Positions 45,639 through 55,776 of a stretch of 64,000 nucleotides of DNA are shown one piece after another (positions within the stretch are counted from its first letter, which is position 1; each line of letters begins with the position of its first letter). The stretch spans positions 4,473-68,472 of the forward strand of contig CAJXZO010000005.1 in the NCBI GenBank assembly GCA_913062975.1, read 5' to 3'. Source of the DNA: an uncultured Micrococcales bacterium (GTDB taxonomy: Bacteria; Actinomycetota; Actinomycetes; Actinomycetales; Microbacteriaceae). Both the position numbers and the translations under genes were made by a program. The notes beneath the pieces are model-generated. The model worked only from the letters and a program-made list of their open reading frames with translations. It did no database searches and was not told the DNA's origin.

Positions 45639-47270
45639 TTACTCGCTTTGCTCCTTGGCTGCATTCTCAGCTCGCTCTTGGGAAACACTTTTTGTTCGCA
45701 AGGGAATCTCTTTCACAAACCAGCTGGCAATGAATGCCACGATGATGGCCCCTGCACCAAGAGCGAACAGTGGCGAGGCGGCCTCAACAAAGCCAATGGT
45801 GAAAGGAGCTGATAAACGATCATCAACACCAATCAAGAAACTTGAATCCTCAGTCACCGTTGCAACACTTTGATCCCCATTGAGAATCTCCAAAACTTCG
45901 GCATTGACTGGGTTTGCAATTACAGCTGGATTATTTAGTGCAGCCTGCAAATCAGATTGAATCTCAGGTCTTTGGAAAGCAGATTGGATTGATTCGGTGA
46001 CACGGGAGAACAGGATTGATAGAAATACGGTTGCGCCCAGGGTTCCACCCATTTGCCTGAAAAAGACAACACTGGAGGTTGCCACACCTATGTTTTTGGG
46101 CTCAACTGCGTTCTGAGTGGCAACCGTGGTTGTCTGTAGCAGCTGACCAAGACCAAAGCCCACCAGGAACATGCCAATTGACATTGCCCAGTATGGAAGC
46201 GCTGGCCCCACTAAGAAAAACAGGTACAGGTAACCAATGATCATGGTGGCTGTTCCGGTGTTGAGAAAGATTCTGTATTTCCCGGTGGCGGAAGTTATTC
46301 GCCCACTGACAATGCTGGCGATAAATATTCCACCAACCATTGGGAGCATCTGGAAACCTGCTTGGGTTGGTGTTGAGTCAAACCCAACCTGCAGAATCAA
46401 TGGAATCACCAGAAGCGCACCAAACATGCCCATTCCGATGAGGACTCCCATAAACGTTGTAATCGAGAAGGTTGAAATCTTGAAGATCCTCAACGGAATC
46501 AGAGCACTCTCACCCATGCGACGCTCAATCAAAATAAATGAAATAAGCCCGATAACACTCAGGCCATAGAGCAAAAATGCTGTTGGGTTGACCCAACCCC
46601 AGTTGCGACCCTGTTCCAAAATCAGAAGCAGCGGAACCACTGCTAACACAATGGCAGAAGCACCGAGGAAGTCAATTTTTTGTTTGATTGGGTGATGTGG
46701 GACATGCAAAAACGAATAGACCATTAACAGTGCTAATGCACCGATAGGAACATTGATTAGAAATACCCATCTCCAACCTTCGATGAACAGAAACTCATCA
46801 ACACCTGCAAATAAACCACCAACAACTGGACCAACCAACGAAGATGTTCCAAACACCGCTAGGAACATGCCCTGATATTTTGCACGCTCTCTTGGCGGAA
46901 CAATGTCAGCAACAATTGTCAAAGCCAGCGAGAATAAACCTCCGCCGCCGATTCCCTGCAGTGCTCTGAAGGCGGCAAGTTCAAACATGCTGGTTGCCAT
47001 GCCAGCGGCAACTGAGCCGATCATGAAAATGCTGATGGCGGCTAAAAACAGATAACGCCTGCCATAGATGTCTCCAAGCTTGCCGTAAAGAGGGGTAGAG
47101 ACAGTGGTGGTAATCAGGTAGGCAGTGGTTGCCCAGGCTTGCAGGTTTAGCCCATCTAAATCATCGGCAATTGTTCTGATGGCAGTTGCAACGATTGATT
47201 GATCCAAGGCTGCCAAGAACATGCCTGACATCAGTCCGATCAGGACTATCCAGATTTGTCTTGGGCTCAT
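45639..47270 (-). CDS. MFS transporter, DHA2 (14-TMS, EmrB/QacA-like) family
   Basis: ORF 45639..47378. LDQSIVATAIRTIADDL and YGKLGDIYGRR motifs, with about 14 TM segments. The first ATG is at 47270 (MSPRQIW...); the TTG at 47378 would overlap the divergent gene. The start is uncertain. Confidence 0.8.
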   Translation of the reverse strand: MSPRQIWIVLIGLMSGMFLAALDQSIVATAIRTIADDLDGLNLQAWATTAYLITTTVSTPLYGKLGDIYGRRYLFLAAISIFMIGSVAAGMATSMFELAAFRALQGIGGGGLFSLALTIVADIVPPRERAKYQGMFLAVFGTSSLVGPVVGGLFAGVDEFLFIEGWRWVFLINVPIGALALLMVYSFLHVPHHPIKQKIDFLGASAIVLAVVPLLLILEQGRNWGWVNPTAFLLYGLSVIGLISFILIERRMGESALIPLRIFKISTFSITTFMGVLIGMGMFGALLVIPLILQVGFDSTPTQAGFQMLPMVGGIFIASIVSGRITSATGKYRIFLNTGTATMIIGYLYLFFLVGPALPYWAMSIGMFLVGFGLGQLLQTTTVATQNAVEPKNIGVATSSVVFFRQMGGTLGATVFLSILFSRVTESIQSAFQRPEIQSDLQAALNNPAVIANPVNAEVLEILNGDQSVATVTEDSSFLIGVDDRLSAPFTIGFVEAASPLFALGAGAIIVAFIASWFVKEIPLRTKSVSQERAENAAKEQSE

Positions 47271-47345
47271 TGTGCCGGCTTCAGCAGCTTCAATTGCGCT
47301 TGTTCGGCGGTTTGACTTTGCCAATTGTTCCTGGCTTTCTAGTGT

Positions 47346-48176
47346 TTGTGTGTGGCTAAGTTTATAGGCAAAAATCAATCCGGCTGGTTTGTCCTGCTCC
47401 CACCAGCGGTGCTAGCGGTTGCAGCTGGATTTTTGTTTGGCCAAATGACACTGCCATCTGAATCAGTAGAACAAAAACCAACCAACTTTGATTTCCTCTA
47501 CGTTGACTCCACCCAACCAGAGCCTGAGCCAGCGGTGATTCAAAAACCAGACCCTCTGCCTAATTTCCCCTTGGATGAAGCTGATTCTCTATTTGTGATT
47601 GTCAACAAACAAAGACCTTTGGACCCCATTGATTACACCCCAGAAACAGTGGTGGTTGAGTCAGAATTTTTAGACAACAGCCGAGAGATTGAATTAGCCC
47701 CAATTGCAGCCGAAGCAATGATTGAAATGGGCAAGGCTGCAGTTGATGAGGGAATCGGGAAACTAAAGCTCAATTCAGGGTTCCGCTCGTTTGAGTATCA
47801 AAGCGAGCTGTTTATTGCCAAGATCGAGCAATACGGCGAAGCAGAGGCTTTGGAGAGATCGGCGAAGGCCGGTCACAGCGAACATCAAACAGGTTTGGCA
47901 ATTGATGTTTCCAAACCCAGCGAGGGGTGTGAAATTATGCAGTGCTTTGGAAACACCGAGGCAGGCATCTGGGTTTCCGAAAACGCATGGAGATTTGGCT
48001 ACATAGTTCGCTATGAACTAGATCAAACTCCAATCACCGGCTACACCTATGAACCTTGGCACCTAAGGTTCGTCGGAAAAGAATTAGCAGAGGAATACCA
48101 CCAGGGTGAATATAAAACCTTAGAAGAATTCTGGGGGCTACCAGCAGCAGCTGATTATCTAGTTTCCCTTGAATGA
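47346..48176 (+). CDS. M15B (VanY-like) D-alanyl-D-alanine carboxypeptidase, membrane-anchored
   Basis: SGFRSFEYQ, GHSEHQTGLAIDV and EPWHLRFVG zinc-peptidase motifs, with an N-terminal TM segment. The start (TTG 47346 or GTG 47352) is uncertain. Confidence 0.8.
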   Translation: MCVAKFIGKNQSGWFVLLPPAVLAVAAGFLFGQMTLPSESVEQKPTNFDFLYVDSTQPEPEPAVIQKPDPLPNFPLDEADSLFVIVNKQRPLDPIDYTPETVVVESEFLDNSREIELAPIAAEAMIEMGKAAVDEGIGKLKLNSGFRSFEYQSELFIAKIEQYGEAEALERSAKAGHSEHQTGLAIDVSKPSEGCEIMQCFGNTEAGIWVSENAWRFGYIVRYELDQTPITGYTYEPWHLRFVGKELAEEYHQGEYKTLEEFWGLPAAADYLVSLE

Positions 48177-48554
48177 TCGAATAAGTTGGCTGAAATAGGC
48201 AATTGAGAAACCAAAGCCAACCCCTGCATAACTCATGTTGAACCAGTTGTATTCAGCTGGGACCAATAGTGAGAATGCACCCAGTCCAAAAGCCGCCAGC
48301 ATCATGGTCCAACCAGCAATCCTCACCCCAAACTGAGATGCACTGATGCTCACCATAGCCATGTTGCCACTCAATGCAATCAGTGTCACCGAGATCAACA
48401 TCATTGCCCAGACTAAAGCGTCAGTTGCCGCTAGCCCAAGAAGCTCAATAAAAGCCTCGGGGAAGATAAGGAGTGCGAAGGCGGAGATAGCGAAAAAGAT
48501 TGCACCTACCAATAGGATGATGCGTATGACTCTAACTCCCGGGATTGTGTCCAC
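48159..48554 (-). CDS. Hypothetical integral membrane protein (4 predicted TM segments)
   Basis: 131 aa and strongly hydrophobic. I recognise no family. Confidence 0.5.
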   Translation of the reverse strand: MDTIPGVRVIRIILLVGAIFFAISAFALLIFPEAFIELLGLAATDALVWAMMLISVTLIALSGNMAMVSISASQFGVRIAGWTMMLAAFGLGAFSLLVPAEYNWFNMSYAGVGFGFSIAYFSQLIRSFKGN

Positions 48555-48603
48555 GGATGGACAGAATAATTCAACCGAGGGTTGTTAACCTAATTACTTA
48601 TCT

Positions 48604-49518
48604 ATGACCGAACACACAATCGCCTATCTAGGACCTCGCGGAACCTTCACCGAGGAGGCCGTGAATCTTCTCAAGCCCAGAAAATCAATGGCGGTTGGAA
48701 GCGTTGCCGAAGCATTGGATCTTGTTGTTGAGAAAAAAGCAGATCGAGCGGTCATTCCAGTTGAAAACTCAATTGAGGGAAGCGTCAGTGCTACAAGTGA
48801 TGCACTTGCCAACATTCCAGGCATTCAGATTTATTCAGAGAACTTAGTTGCAGTCAGATTCGTCTTGGCTTCAAAGGGTGCGAAGCTAGAAAACATCCAA
48901 AGAGTTCTCACTCACCCAGTTGCTTATGCTCAGGCAAGGAAATGGTTGGCGACAAACCTAACCAATCATCAACACATCCCAGCTGCTTCAACTGCAGCTG
49001 CAGCTAAGGCGATAAGTGATTCTGACATTGCTGATGCTGCAGTTGTTGCCAAGGCAGCAGCTGAGATTTATGGACTCGAGATTTTGGCCGAAGACATTGG
49101 TGAGAATAAACAAGCACAGACCAGGTTCATTGAACTGGGCTTGCAGGGAAAACCCGTTGAAAAAACGGGCAGGGATAAAACCAGTCTGATCATTGAGCTT
49201 CCAGAAGATAAACCAGGAGGATTGCTTGAGATGCTGGAGCAGTTCTCAGTCAGGGGCATAAACCTCTCTCGAATCGAATCAAGACCCATTGGCGATAGCT
49301 TTGGTCGCTACAGGTTCTATGTTGATGCCCAGGGTCACATAGATGACCAGGCGGTCAGTGAAGCGTTAATGGGCCTTCACAGATTCAGCCCAAAGATTAC
49401 CTTTCTCGGAAGCTACCCCAGAGCAGATCAGCAACCAAGTGATCACCTGGGAAACAACAGCGATCAGCAGTATTTGTCTGCCAAGGCCTGGCTTAGATCG
49501 CTAACAGGCGACCAATAG
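48604..49518 (+). CDS. pheA: Prephenate dehydratase
   Basis: AYLGPRGTFTEEA start, TRF motif, ESRP in an ACT domain (LSRIESRPIG). Confidence 0.9.
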   Translation: MTEHTIAYLGPRGTFTEEAVNLLKPRKSMAVGSVAEALDLVVEKKADRAVIPVENSIEGSVSATSDALANIPGIQIYSENLVAVRFVLASKGAKLENIQRVLTHPVAYAQARKWLATNLTNHQHIPAASTAAAAKAISDSDIADAAVVAKAAAEIYGLEILAEDIGENKQAQTRFIELGLQGKPVEKTGRDKTSLIIELPEDKPGGLLEMLEQFSVRGINLSRIESRPIGDSFGRYRFYVDAQGHIDDQAVSEALMGLHRFSPKITFLGSYPRADQQPSDHLGNNSDQQYLSAKAWLRSLTGDQ

Positions 49519-50400
49519 GGCTTTGGGCATCACCTGAAAGGTGACCTTCTTTGCAGGCGGCATTAGATCGCCATCCAATTGAAAATTGCTTTCCCGCTCA
49601 CTAACCACGGTGATTTTCTTCCCGCTCAGGTATTCCAAGGATTTCAGGTTGGATGTTGCATCCATCAGCTTTCTACCAACAACCAGGGGCCTAACAAATC
49701 TGTTCTGCCAAAGGATTCTTCCCAAAACATCAATCCAGTTCCAGATCTTTCTGGGGCCAATGGCTGCAACGTCTAGGTCTCCATCATCAACTTCGGCATC
49801 GGGGAGAAGTGAAAACTTGCCCGGGAGAGTTCCGGTGTTGGCAACAAGCAATGTCAGCACCTTCAGCGTCTTTGATTCGTTGTTATCAACCGTTACTTCG
49901 AATTTTTCAAACTTTGGTGGAAGTGAGCGAATGCCACCTTCGATGTAGGCAACCCAACCGATTCGTTTTTTCAACTTTGGATGAGTGTTTTCCATGATTG
50001 AGGCATCAAGGCCCAATCCACTGATTCCTGTGAAAAACATGGCAGGTTCTGAGCCAACCTTTGCCTTGCCAAGATCTATCTCTCGGTAATTGCCAGCAAG
50101 AGCAATCTTGCTGGCAGATTTGATATCCATTGGAATGCCCAGGTTTCGAGCCAAGATGTTGCCGGTGCCAACGGGGATTATGCCAATTGGGATTTTGATG
50201 TGGTTTTCCATCAAATACTGAACCACACTTCTCAGGGTTCCATCTCCCCCTGCAACCACGCAGAGATCAAAATCAGTAAGCTCAAATTCCTCTAATTTGG
50301 AAAGCTCGCCGGTTTTGAAAAACTGGGCGTCAGCAAAGAATGTCTCCAGTCTGGATTTGGAGATTTTCTTTGAATTAAACACCACAGCAATCTTGCTCAC
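49501..50400 (-). CDS. Diacylglycerol kinase catalytic-domain lipid kinase (YegS/BmrU-like)
   Basis: VVAGGDGTLRSV and GTGN motifs. Confidence 0.8.
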   Translation of the reverse strand: MSKIAVVFNSKKISKSRLETFFADAQFFKTGELSKLEEFELTDFDLCVVAGGDGTLRSVVQYLMENHIKIPIGIIPVGTGNILARNLGIPMDIKSASKIALAGNYREIDLGKAKVGSEPAMFFTGISGLGLDASIMENTHPKLKKRIGWVAYIEGGIRSLPPKFEKFEVTVDNNESKTLKVLTLLVANTGTLPGKFSLLPDAEVDDGDLDVAAIGPRKIWNWIDVLGRILWQNRFVRPLVVGRKLMDATSNLKSLEYLSGKKITVVSERESNFQLDGDLMPPAKKVTFQVMPKALLVAC

Positions 50401-50434
50401 ATGACCAGCTTATAAACCTCGGTAGGCTATTGGG

Positions 50435-51691
50435 ATGATTGATATCAATCTACTGAGAGAAAACCCAGAAACCATCCGCACCAGCCAAAGGGCTCGAGGT
50501 GCTGATGAGTCAATTATTGACCTTGCCGTTCAGGCAGACATTGACAGAAGAAAAAAGCAATCAGAGTTTGAGTCCTTGCGTGCTGAGCAGAACACGTTTG
50601 GCAAAGTCGTCGCCCAGGCTCCCAAAGAGCAGAGGCAAGAGCTAGTTGAGCAGGCGAAAGAGCTTTCCAATAAGGTAAAAAAAGCAGAGCAAGAGGCTGA
50701 TGAAATCGGCGAGCAGTTGAGTCAACTGTTGATGAAAATCGACAACGTTATTCTGGCGGGGGTTCCCTCAGGGGGCGAGGATGACTTCGTGGTCATCAAA
50801 GAGGTTGGTCAGAAAACAGAATTTGATTTTGAACCAAAAGATCACTTGCAACTGGGCGAGGCCTTGGACATCCTCGACACAGAACGAGGTGCAAAGGTAA
50901 GTGGTGCGAGGTTTTATTTCCTAAAGGGAGCTGCTGCGCAGTTGGAGCTTGCAATCATGAACATGGGACTAAACCTAGCCATTGAAAATGGCTTCACCGC
51001 CACCATCACTCCGACTCTTGTGAAGCCAGAAACAATGGCTGGAACTGGTTTCTTGGGAGAGCATGCAGCTGAGGTTTATCACCTAGAAAATGATGATTTG
51101 TATTTGACCGGAACCAGTGAGGTTGCACTCGCCGGCCTCCACAGCGATGAAATCATTGACCCAACTGAGCCTATTCGATACGCAGGATGGTCAACCTGTT
51201 ACAGGCGCGAAGCTGGTAGCCACGGCAAGGACACCAAGGGAATCCTGAGGGTTCACCAATTCAACAAGCTTGAAATGTTTAGCTACTGCCACCCAGACCA
51301 AGCACTGGATGAGCACAAGAAATTGCTTGCCTGGCAGGAGCAAATGCTTCAAAACTGCGAACTGCCCTATCGAGTGATTGATGTTGCAGCAGGAGATTTG
51401 GGAAGCAGTGCTGCCCAGAAGTTTGATATCGAGGCATGGGTTCCCACCCAAGGCAAATACAGAGAACTCACCAGCACCTCTAACTGCACCACCTTTCAGG
51501 CCAGAAGATTGAACACCAGATTCAAACAAGACGGGAAAACCCAACCTGTGGCAACCTTGAATGGAACATTGGCAACCACCAGATGGTTGGTAGCTATATT
51601 GGAAAACCACCAGCAGGCTGATGGAAGCATCAGGGTTCCCAAGGCCCTGCAGGCGTATCTAGGCAAAAAAACAATCGAATCAAAGGGATAA
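50435..51691 (+). CDS. serS: Serine--tRNA ligase
   Basis: N-terminal coiled-coil arm and class II motifs ([30 protein letters not shown]). Confidence 0.95.
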   Translation: MIDINLLRENPETIRTSQRARGADESIIDLAVQADIDRRKKQSEFESLRAEQNTFGKVVAQAPKEQRQELVEQAKELSNKVKKAEQEADEIGEQLSQLLMKIDNVILAGVPSGGEDDFVVIKEVGQKTEFDFEPKDHLQLGEALDILDTERGAKVSGARFYFLKGAAAQLELAIMNMGLNLAIENGFTATITPTLVKPETMAGTGFLGEHAAEVYHLENDDLYLTGTSEVALAGLHSDEIIDPTEPIRYAGWSTCYRREAGSHGKDTKGILRVHQFNKLEMFSYCHPDQALDEHKKLLAWQEQMLQNCELPYRVIDVAAGDLGSSAAQKFDIEAWVPTQGKYRELTSTSNCTTFQARRLNTRFKQDGKTQPVATLNGTLATTRWLVAILENHQQADGSIRVPKALQAYLGKKTIESKG

Positions 51692-52510
51692 ATGAGTCGC
51701 TGGCTAGTTGCATTAGACATTGACGGCACCTTGGTTCACGATGATGGTTTTCTATCTTCCAAGGTCTATCAACAGGTTCAGCGCGTCAAAAAACTTGGGC
51801 ACGAGATTGTGATTGCCACCGGCAGATCAGCCTCCAACTCCTACCCAATCGCCAGAGAACTTGATTTCCCCGGGCGTTATGCGGTGGCATCCAATGGTGC
51901 TGTCAGGTATCGCTACGATTCGGAGAAATACGAGGTTGAAGACATTGAGAGCTTTGATCCAGCTCCCGTGTTGAATCGGCTGATTGAGGTAATCCCCGAT
52001 GCTCACTTCGCCGTTGAAGATCTAGACGGCTCCTACCGCTTCCACAAACCCTTCCCGACTTATGCCTTGGGAGAGGAAAACTTCGAAACACCGCTGGAGG
52101 AACTATTGCACCACCCAGTGTCTAGAGTGGTTGTTTTGTCACCATCGCACGATGTTGATGAGTTTTTGGGGCTGATGAAAAAAATAGGTCTGCACTCGGT
52201 TAGCTACTCAATTGGCTACACGGCCTGGTTGGACATCGCTCCCGATGGGGTGGACAAGGGCCAAGGTTTAGAGAGACTCAGATCAATCCTTGATATTGAC
52301 CCAACCAGGGTGATCACTATCGGTGATGGAAGAAACGACATCGAAATGTTCAACTGGGCAAATAAATCCGGTGGTCATAGTTTTGCAATGGGTCAAGCCC
52401 CCGATGAGGTTAAGAGTGTTGCCTCGGCCATTACTGCCTCTGTTGAGCAGGATGGAGTCGCTGAGGTGTTGAGTGGCTTTGAGGGCTTGGAATTCATCCG
52501 AGCAAACTAA
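51692..52510 (+). CDS. Cof-type HAD-IIB family hydrolase
   Basis: ALDIDGTL (motif I) and GDGRNDIEM (motif IV). The start abuts the serS stop (TAAATG). Confidence 0.85.
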   Translation: MSRWLVALDIDGTLVHDDGFLSSKVYQQVQRVKKLGHEIVIATGRSASNSYPIARELDFPGRYAVASNGAVRYRYDSEKYEVEDIESFDPAPVLNRLIEVIPDAHFAVEDLDGSYRFHKPFPTYALGEENFETPLEELLHHPVSRVVVLSPSHDVDEFLGLMKKIGLHSVSYSIGYTAWLDIAPDGVDKGQGLERLRSILDIDPTRVITIGDGRNDIEMFNWANKSGGHSFAMGQAPDEVKSVASAITASVEQDGVAEVLSGFEGLEFIRAN

Positions 52511-52536
52511 GGTGATTTTCTACTAGAATCTGTCGC

Positions 52537-52624
52537 GGAGGTCTGTCCGAGCGGCCGATGGAGCTGGTCTTGAAAACCAGTGGGCAGAAATGTCTCGTGG
52601 GTTCGAATCCCACGGCCTCCGCCA
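52537..52624 (+). tRNA. tRNA-Ser (anticodon UGA), CCA encoded
   Basis: Acceptor stem GGAGGTC/GGCCTCC, anticodon arm CTGGT-CTTGAAA-ACCAG, long variable arm, T-loop TTCGAAT. Confidence 0.9.
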
Positions 52625-52767
52625 ATTAGCTCAGGCAAGACCAGGGCGTAAGTTGTTTGTCAACCACATGTTAACTTGCTGGGAAATAATCGTCGACAGT
52701 CTTTTGGGTCAATAGGCTTTTCTGATGGCAAGTCACATCCGGCGAGCACTAAACTCATAGCGAAGCA

Positions 52768-53928
52768 ATGTCTAAACGTAAACGTTCCTGGTGGAAAATA
52801 GCTCTCGGTGCCCTAGCTGCAGTGAGCTTGGTCATAACCGGAATTGTTGCGCTAAGCGTTTGGCAGCTTTCTAGAACCCTAGAACCAGCAGCCGTTGAGG
52901 TTTATGACCTAGAGGGTAATGCTTATCAACCTCCAACCCAGGTGGAAATCAACGGTCCGATAAACATGTTGGTGATTGGCTCTGACACCAGAGACGATCA
53001 AGAGGCGAACTATGGTGACTCAGAGGCAAATCTTGCCGATGTCATCATGCTGGTTCACGTCAATGAGGCCCGAGACAACGCCGTGGTGATGTCATTCCCC
53101 CGGGACCTAATGGTTCCTATTCCCGATTGTGTTTCTGAAGATTTGCGCTCAGAACTTCGCTACCCAGATGTCATGCAAATCAACAAAACCTTGGATGTTG
53201 GTGGACCAAGCTGTGTTTTGGACACAGTCCAAGCACTGACTAATGTCAACATCCCGCATTTGGGATTGATTGATTTCAAGGGAGTCATTGGCATGAGTGA
53301 GGCATTGGGTGGGGTTGAGGTCTGCATCGCAAACCCCATCAATGACCCAAAATCTAAGCTCTACCTCGAAGCCGGAACACAGTTGTTGGAGGGTCGTGAT
53401 GCTTTGGCTTTCCTAAGAACTCGCTATGGCGTTGGTGATGGAAGTGATCTCACCAGAATTGATAATCAACAGGTGTTTCTCACCTCCATGGTTAGAAAAA
53501 TCATGGATGAAAATGTTCTAACAAATCCTGTCAGGCTTTATTCGCTGGCCACAGCTGCTGCCGAAAACATGAGGCTGAGCGAAAGCCTCACTAAGCTTGA
53601 TGTCATGGTGGCAATGGCCAGAGAGATCAACGATGTTGATTTAGAAAACATCAGTTTCCTTAAGCTTCCCGTTTATGACCTCAATGGCGATTTTGTTGGT
53701 CGCCTGGGCCTAGCTGAAGGTGCTGAAACAATTTTTGACGCCATCAGAAACGATGATGAAATGGTCATCAGTGACGGAAAGCTGATTGACCCCAATCAGC
53801 CTGAGCCTGAACCATCAGAAGATTCTGAATCAGGTGCTGATTCAACAGACGAACAAGCGGAGCCCGCTGATCCGGTAACAACCAACATCAAAGGTGTTAC
53901 AGCAGCCGATGAGCTTTGCTCAAACTAG
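52768..53928 (+). CDS. LCP (LytR-CpsA-Psr) family cell-envelope phosphotransferase
   Basis: N-terminal TM anchor and an LCP core ([11 protein letters not shown]...ADVIMLVHV...SFPRDL...R.R). Acidic PE-rich C-terminus. Confidence 0.85.
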   Translation: MSKRKRSWWKIALGALAAVSLVITGIVALSVWQLSRTLEPAAVEVYDLEGNAYQPPTQVEINGPINMLVIGSDTRDDQEANYGDSEANLADVIMLVHVNEARDNAVVMSFPRDLMVPIPDCVSEDLRSELRYPDVMQINKTLDVGGPSCVLDTVQALTNVNIPHLGLIDFKGVIGMSEALGGVEVCIANPINDPKSKLYLEAGTQLLEGRDALAFLRTRYGVGDGSDLTRIDNQQVFLTSMVRKIMDENVLTNPVRLYSLATAAAENMRLSESLTKLDVMVAMAREINDVDLENISFLKLPVYDLNGDFVGRLGLAEGAETIFDAIRNDDEMVISDGKLIDPNQPEPEPSEDSESGADSTDEQAEPADPVTTNIKGVTAADELCSN

Positions 53929-54599
53929 TTCAGTGGGCCCAATTCGAAGCTCGCAAGCCTGCTTTCTGGATTTGACTGACCCGAGTGCTGAGAGTTGAAC
54001 GCACTTGTTCCATCAACTCCGCACAGGCTCAAGATCCTTGATGGTCCTCCTGGGTGCAGATTAATCCAATCAGTCAAGTTATAAACAGTCCCATTGATCG
54101 CCGACCAGCAGCTATCTGCTGAATCATTCTCTGCAACCTGCGCCATGGTGTAACCAGTTGGCTCCTCGACTTCAGGTTCAGTGTTTTCCTCTGGCTCAGG
54201 TGTTTGTTCGGGCTCAGGTGTTGGCTCTGGCTCCGGGGTTGGCTCTGGCTCCGGAGTTGGCTCGGGATCAGGAGTTGGCTCGGGTTCAGGAGTTGGTTCG
54301 GGCTCGGTTTCAGGTTCAGTGCTCTCCTCTGGCTCAGTTTCCTCTTGGACCTGACTCTCAGATTCAACCTGCTCTGCCTGCTGGTCCTGCTCGGCAGGTT
54401 CGGGCGCAGGTTCAATCGGCTCCATCTCGGACTCTATTTCATCGGGCTCAGTGGTTTCTTCAGGCTGAGCGTTCGCTTCAGTGTCAGGAGCCTGCTCAGA
54501 CTGTTCGGTGCCATTTTGAATATCAACATCCTCAACAGATTCAGTTGCACAGGAAGCTGTGAAAAACAATACGGCGGTGGCAAGCGCTAAATATCTCAT
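53925..54599 (-). CDS. Exported lipoprotein with an acidic PEPT-repeat linker and a C-terminal cytochrome b5-like heme-binding domain
   Basis: ORF 53925..54644. The ATG at 54599 gives the lipoprotein signal [17 protein letters not shown]. The C-terminus [33 protein letters not shown] has HPGG plus a second His about 23 residues on. Confidence 0.7.
   Translation of the reverse strand: MRYLALATAVLFFTASCATESVEDVDIQNGTEQSEQAPDTEANAQPEETTEPDEIESEMEPIEPAPEPAEQDQQAEQVESESQVQEETEPEESTEPETEPEPTPEPEPTPDPEPTPEPEPTPEPEPTPEPEQTPEPEENTEPEVEEPTGYTMAQVAENDSADSCWSAINGTVYNLTDWINLHPGGPSRILSLCGVDGTSAFNSQHSGQSNPESRLASFELGPLN
54193..54312. repeat. In-frame 18-bp tandem repeat (about 6 copies, GGCTCTGGCTCCGGRGTT-like) encoding (PEPEPT)n
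   Basis: Read directly: consecutive units at 54223, 54241, 54259, 54277 and 54295, plus degenerate flanking copies. It lies inside the cytochrome b5 lipoprotein gene. Confidence 0.85.
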
Positions 54600-54694
54600 A
54601 ACCCTCGAAACCAGGGCCACTGAACCCAAATTCCTTGGATGCAAATTCCCAATGGCTGAATGCTTTGATTTAGGTTAGGCTGGTGCTCGCATTT

Positions 54695-54786
<92 letters not shown>

Positions 54787-54795
54787 CAATAAAAA

Positions 54796-54823
54796 ACTCC
54801 CCAGTGAACACTGGGGAGTTTTT
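54796..54823. terminator. Bidirectional rho-independent terminator
   Basis: ACTCCCCAG-tgaaca-CTGGGGAGT flanked by an A6 run upstream and T5 downstream. It lies between tRNA-Ser (+) and the convergent SBP gene (-). Confidence 0.8.
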
Positions 54824-54876
54824 GCTTAACTAAAAAATGTTTATTTGAGCGCTGCATGGCAGAGCTCCAAAATCAA

Positions 54877-55776
54877 CTAGTCGAGCAGACCTTCTGCCTC
54901 CAGCCAGTCCTGTGCCGCAGTGCTGGCTTGAGCCTTCTCGTCACCCTCTACTCGGGTGCGAAGCTCAATCAGATCCTCAGTGGAAAGTGCTGCTGAGATT
55001 TCATTCAACACTGCTGCTAGCTCATCGCTGTAGATATCTGAGTTCAGAAGCGGAATCACGTTCTGAGAAGCAATCAGGTTCTCAGGGTCTTCCAGCACAA
55101 CAAGGTTCTCTGCTGTCAAAGCAGGGGAGGTTGTGTAGATGTCTGCAACCTGAACTGCGTCATCAACAAGAGCCTTAACGGTGTCAGGACCACCAAAGTC
55201 CTCGATTGGCACGAATGTCACATCGGTTACTCCATAGACAGAGGCAAGGCCAGGCAGACCATAAGGAAGTTCAGCGAACTGCGGATTTGCACCAAGTGAG
55301 AATGGCTCGAGCCTTGATAGATCGCCAATGGTTACCAAATCAAACTCGTCTGCAGTTGCCTGGGTGACAACGTATGCGTCCTTGTCCTGAGCTGGGGAGG
55401 AGTTCAACACCTGGAAACCCTCTGGCACGTTTGTTTCGAGTGCGGCATCAACTTCAGAGGTTGAGCGAGCTTCGTTTTCGGTGTCATAAAAGAACAACAG
55501 GTTTCCGTTGTATTCAGGCATTAGGTCAATAGAACCATCTTCTAGAGCTGGAACAGTGGTCTGTCGAGGTCCGAGATTGAACTGTGTTTCCACCTCAAAG
55601 CCTGCGTTCTCAAGGGCAAGAGCGTAGATGTTTCCTAAGATTTCACTCTCTGGGAAGGCAAATGATCCAACGACAACCTCCTCGGCTGGGTCGGCAGATG
55701 CGCAACCGGTCAGAACCACCAGGGAAGTGGCAATTGCTCCTACAACTCCCACTCCTCTATTTTTTGCTTTGAACAT
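54877..55776 (-). CDS. Osmoprotectant (glycine betaine family) ABC transporter substrate-binding lipoprotein (OsmF/YehZ-like)
   Basis: ORF 54877..55791. The ATG at 55776 follows AAAGGAAAG. Lipobox VLTGC and an OpuAC-fold pattern (FPESEILGNIYA...PEYNGNLL). Confidence 0.8.
   Translation of the reverse strand: MFKAKNRGVGVVGAIATSLVVLTGCASADPAEEVVVGSFAFPESEILGNIYALALENAGFEVETQFNLGPRQTTVPALEDGSIDLMPEYNGNLLFFYDTENEARSTSEVDAALETNVPEGFQVLNSSPAQDKDAYVVTQATADEFDLVTIGDLSRLEPFSLGANPQFAELPYGLPGLASVYGVTDVTFVPIEDFGGPDTVKALVDDAVQVADIYTTSPALTAENLVVLEDPENLIASQNVIPLLNSDIYSDELAAVLNEISAALSTEDLIELRTRVEGDEKAQASTAAQDWLEAEGLLD

Noticed and set aside
54193-54312. Regularly spaced short repeats that could suggest a CRISPR array
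   Set aside because: The units are contiguous 18-mers with no spacers. They are in frame and encode (PEPEPT)n inside a CDS. There is no leader and there are no cas genes.
54158-54590. Two plus-strand ORFs (134 and 128 aa) with repetitive translations
   Set aside because: They are artefacts of reading the 18-bp tandem repeat of the cytochrome b5 lipoprotein gene on the opposite strand. Only the minus-strand frame has a lipobox and a b5 domain.
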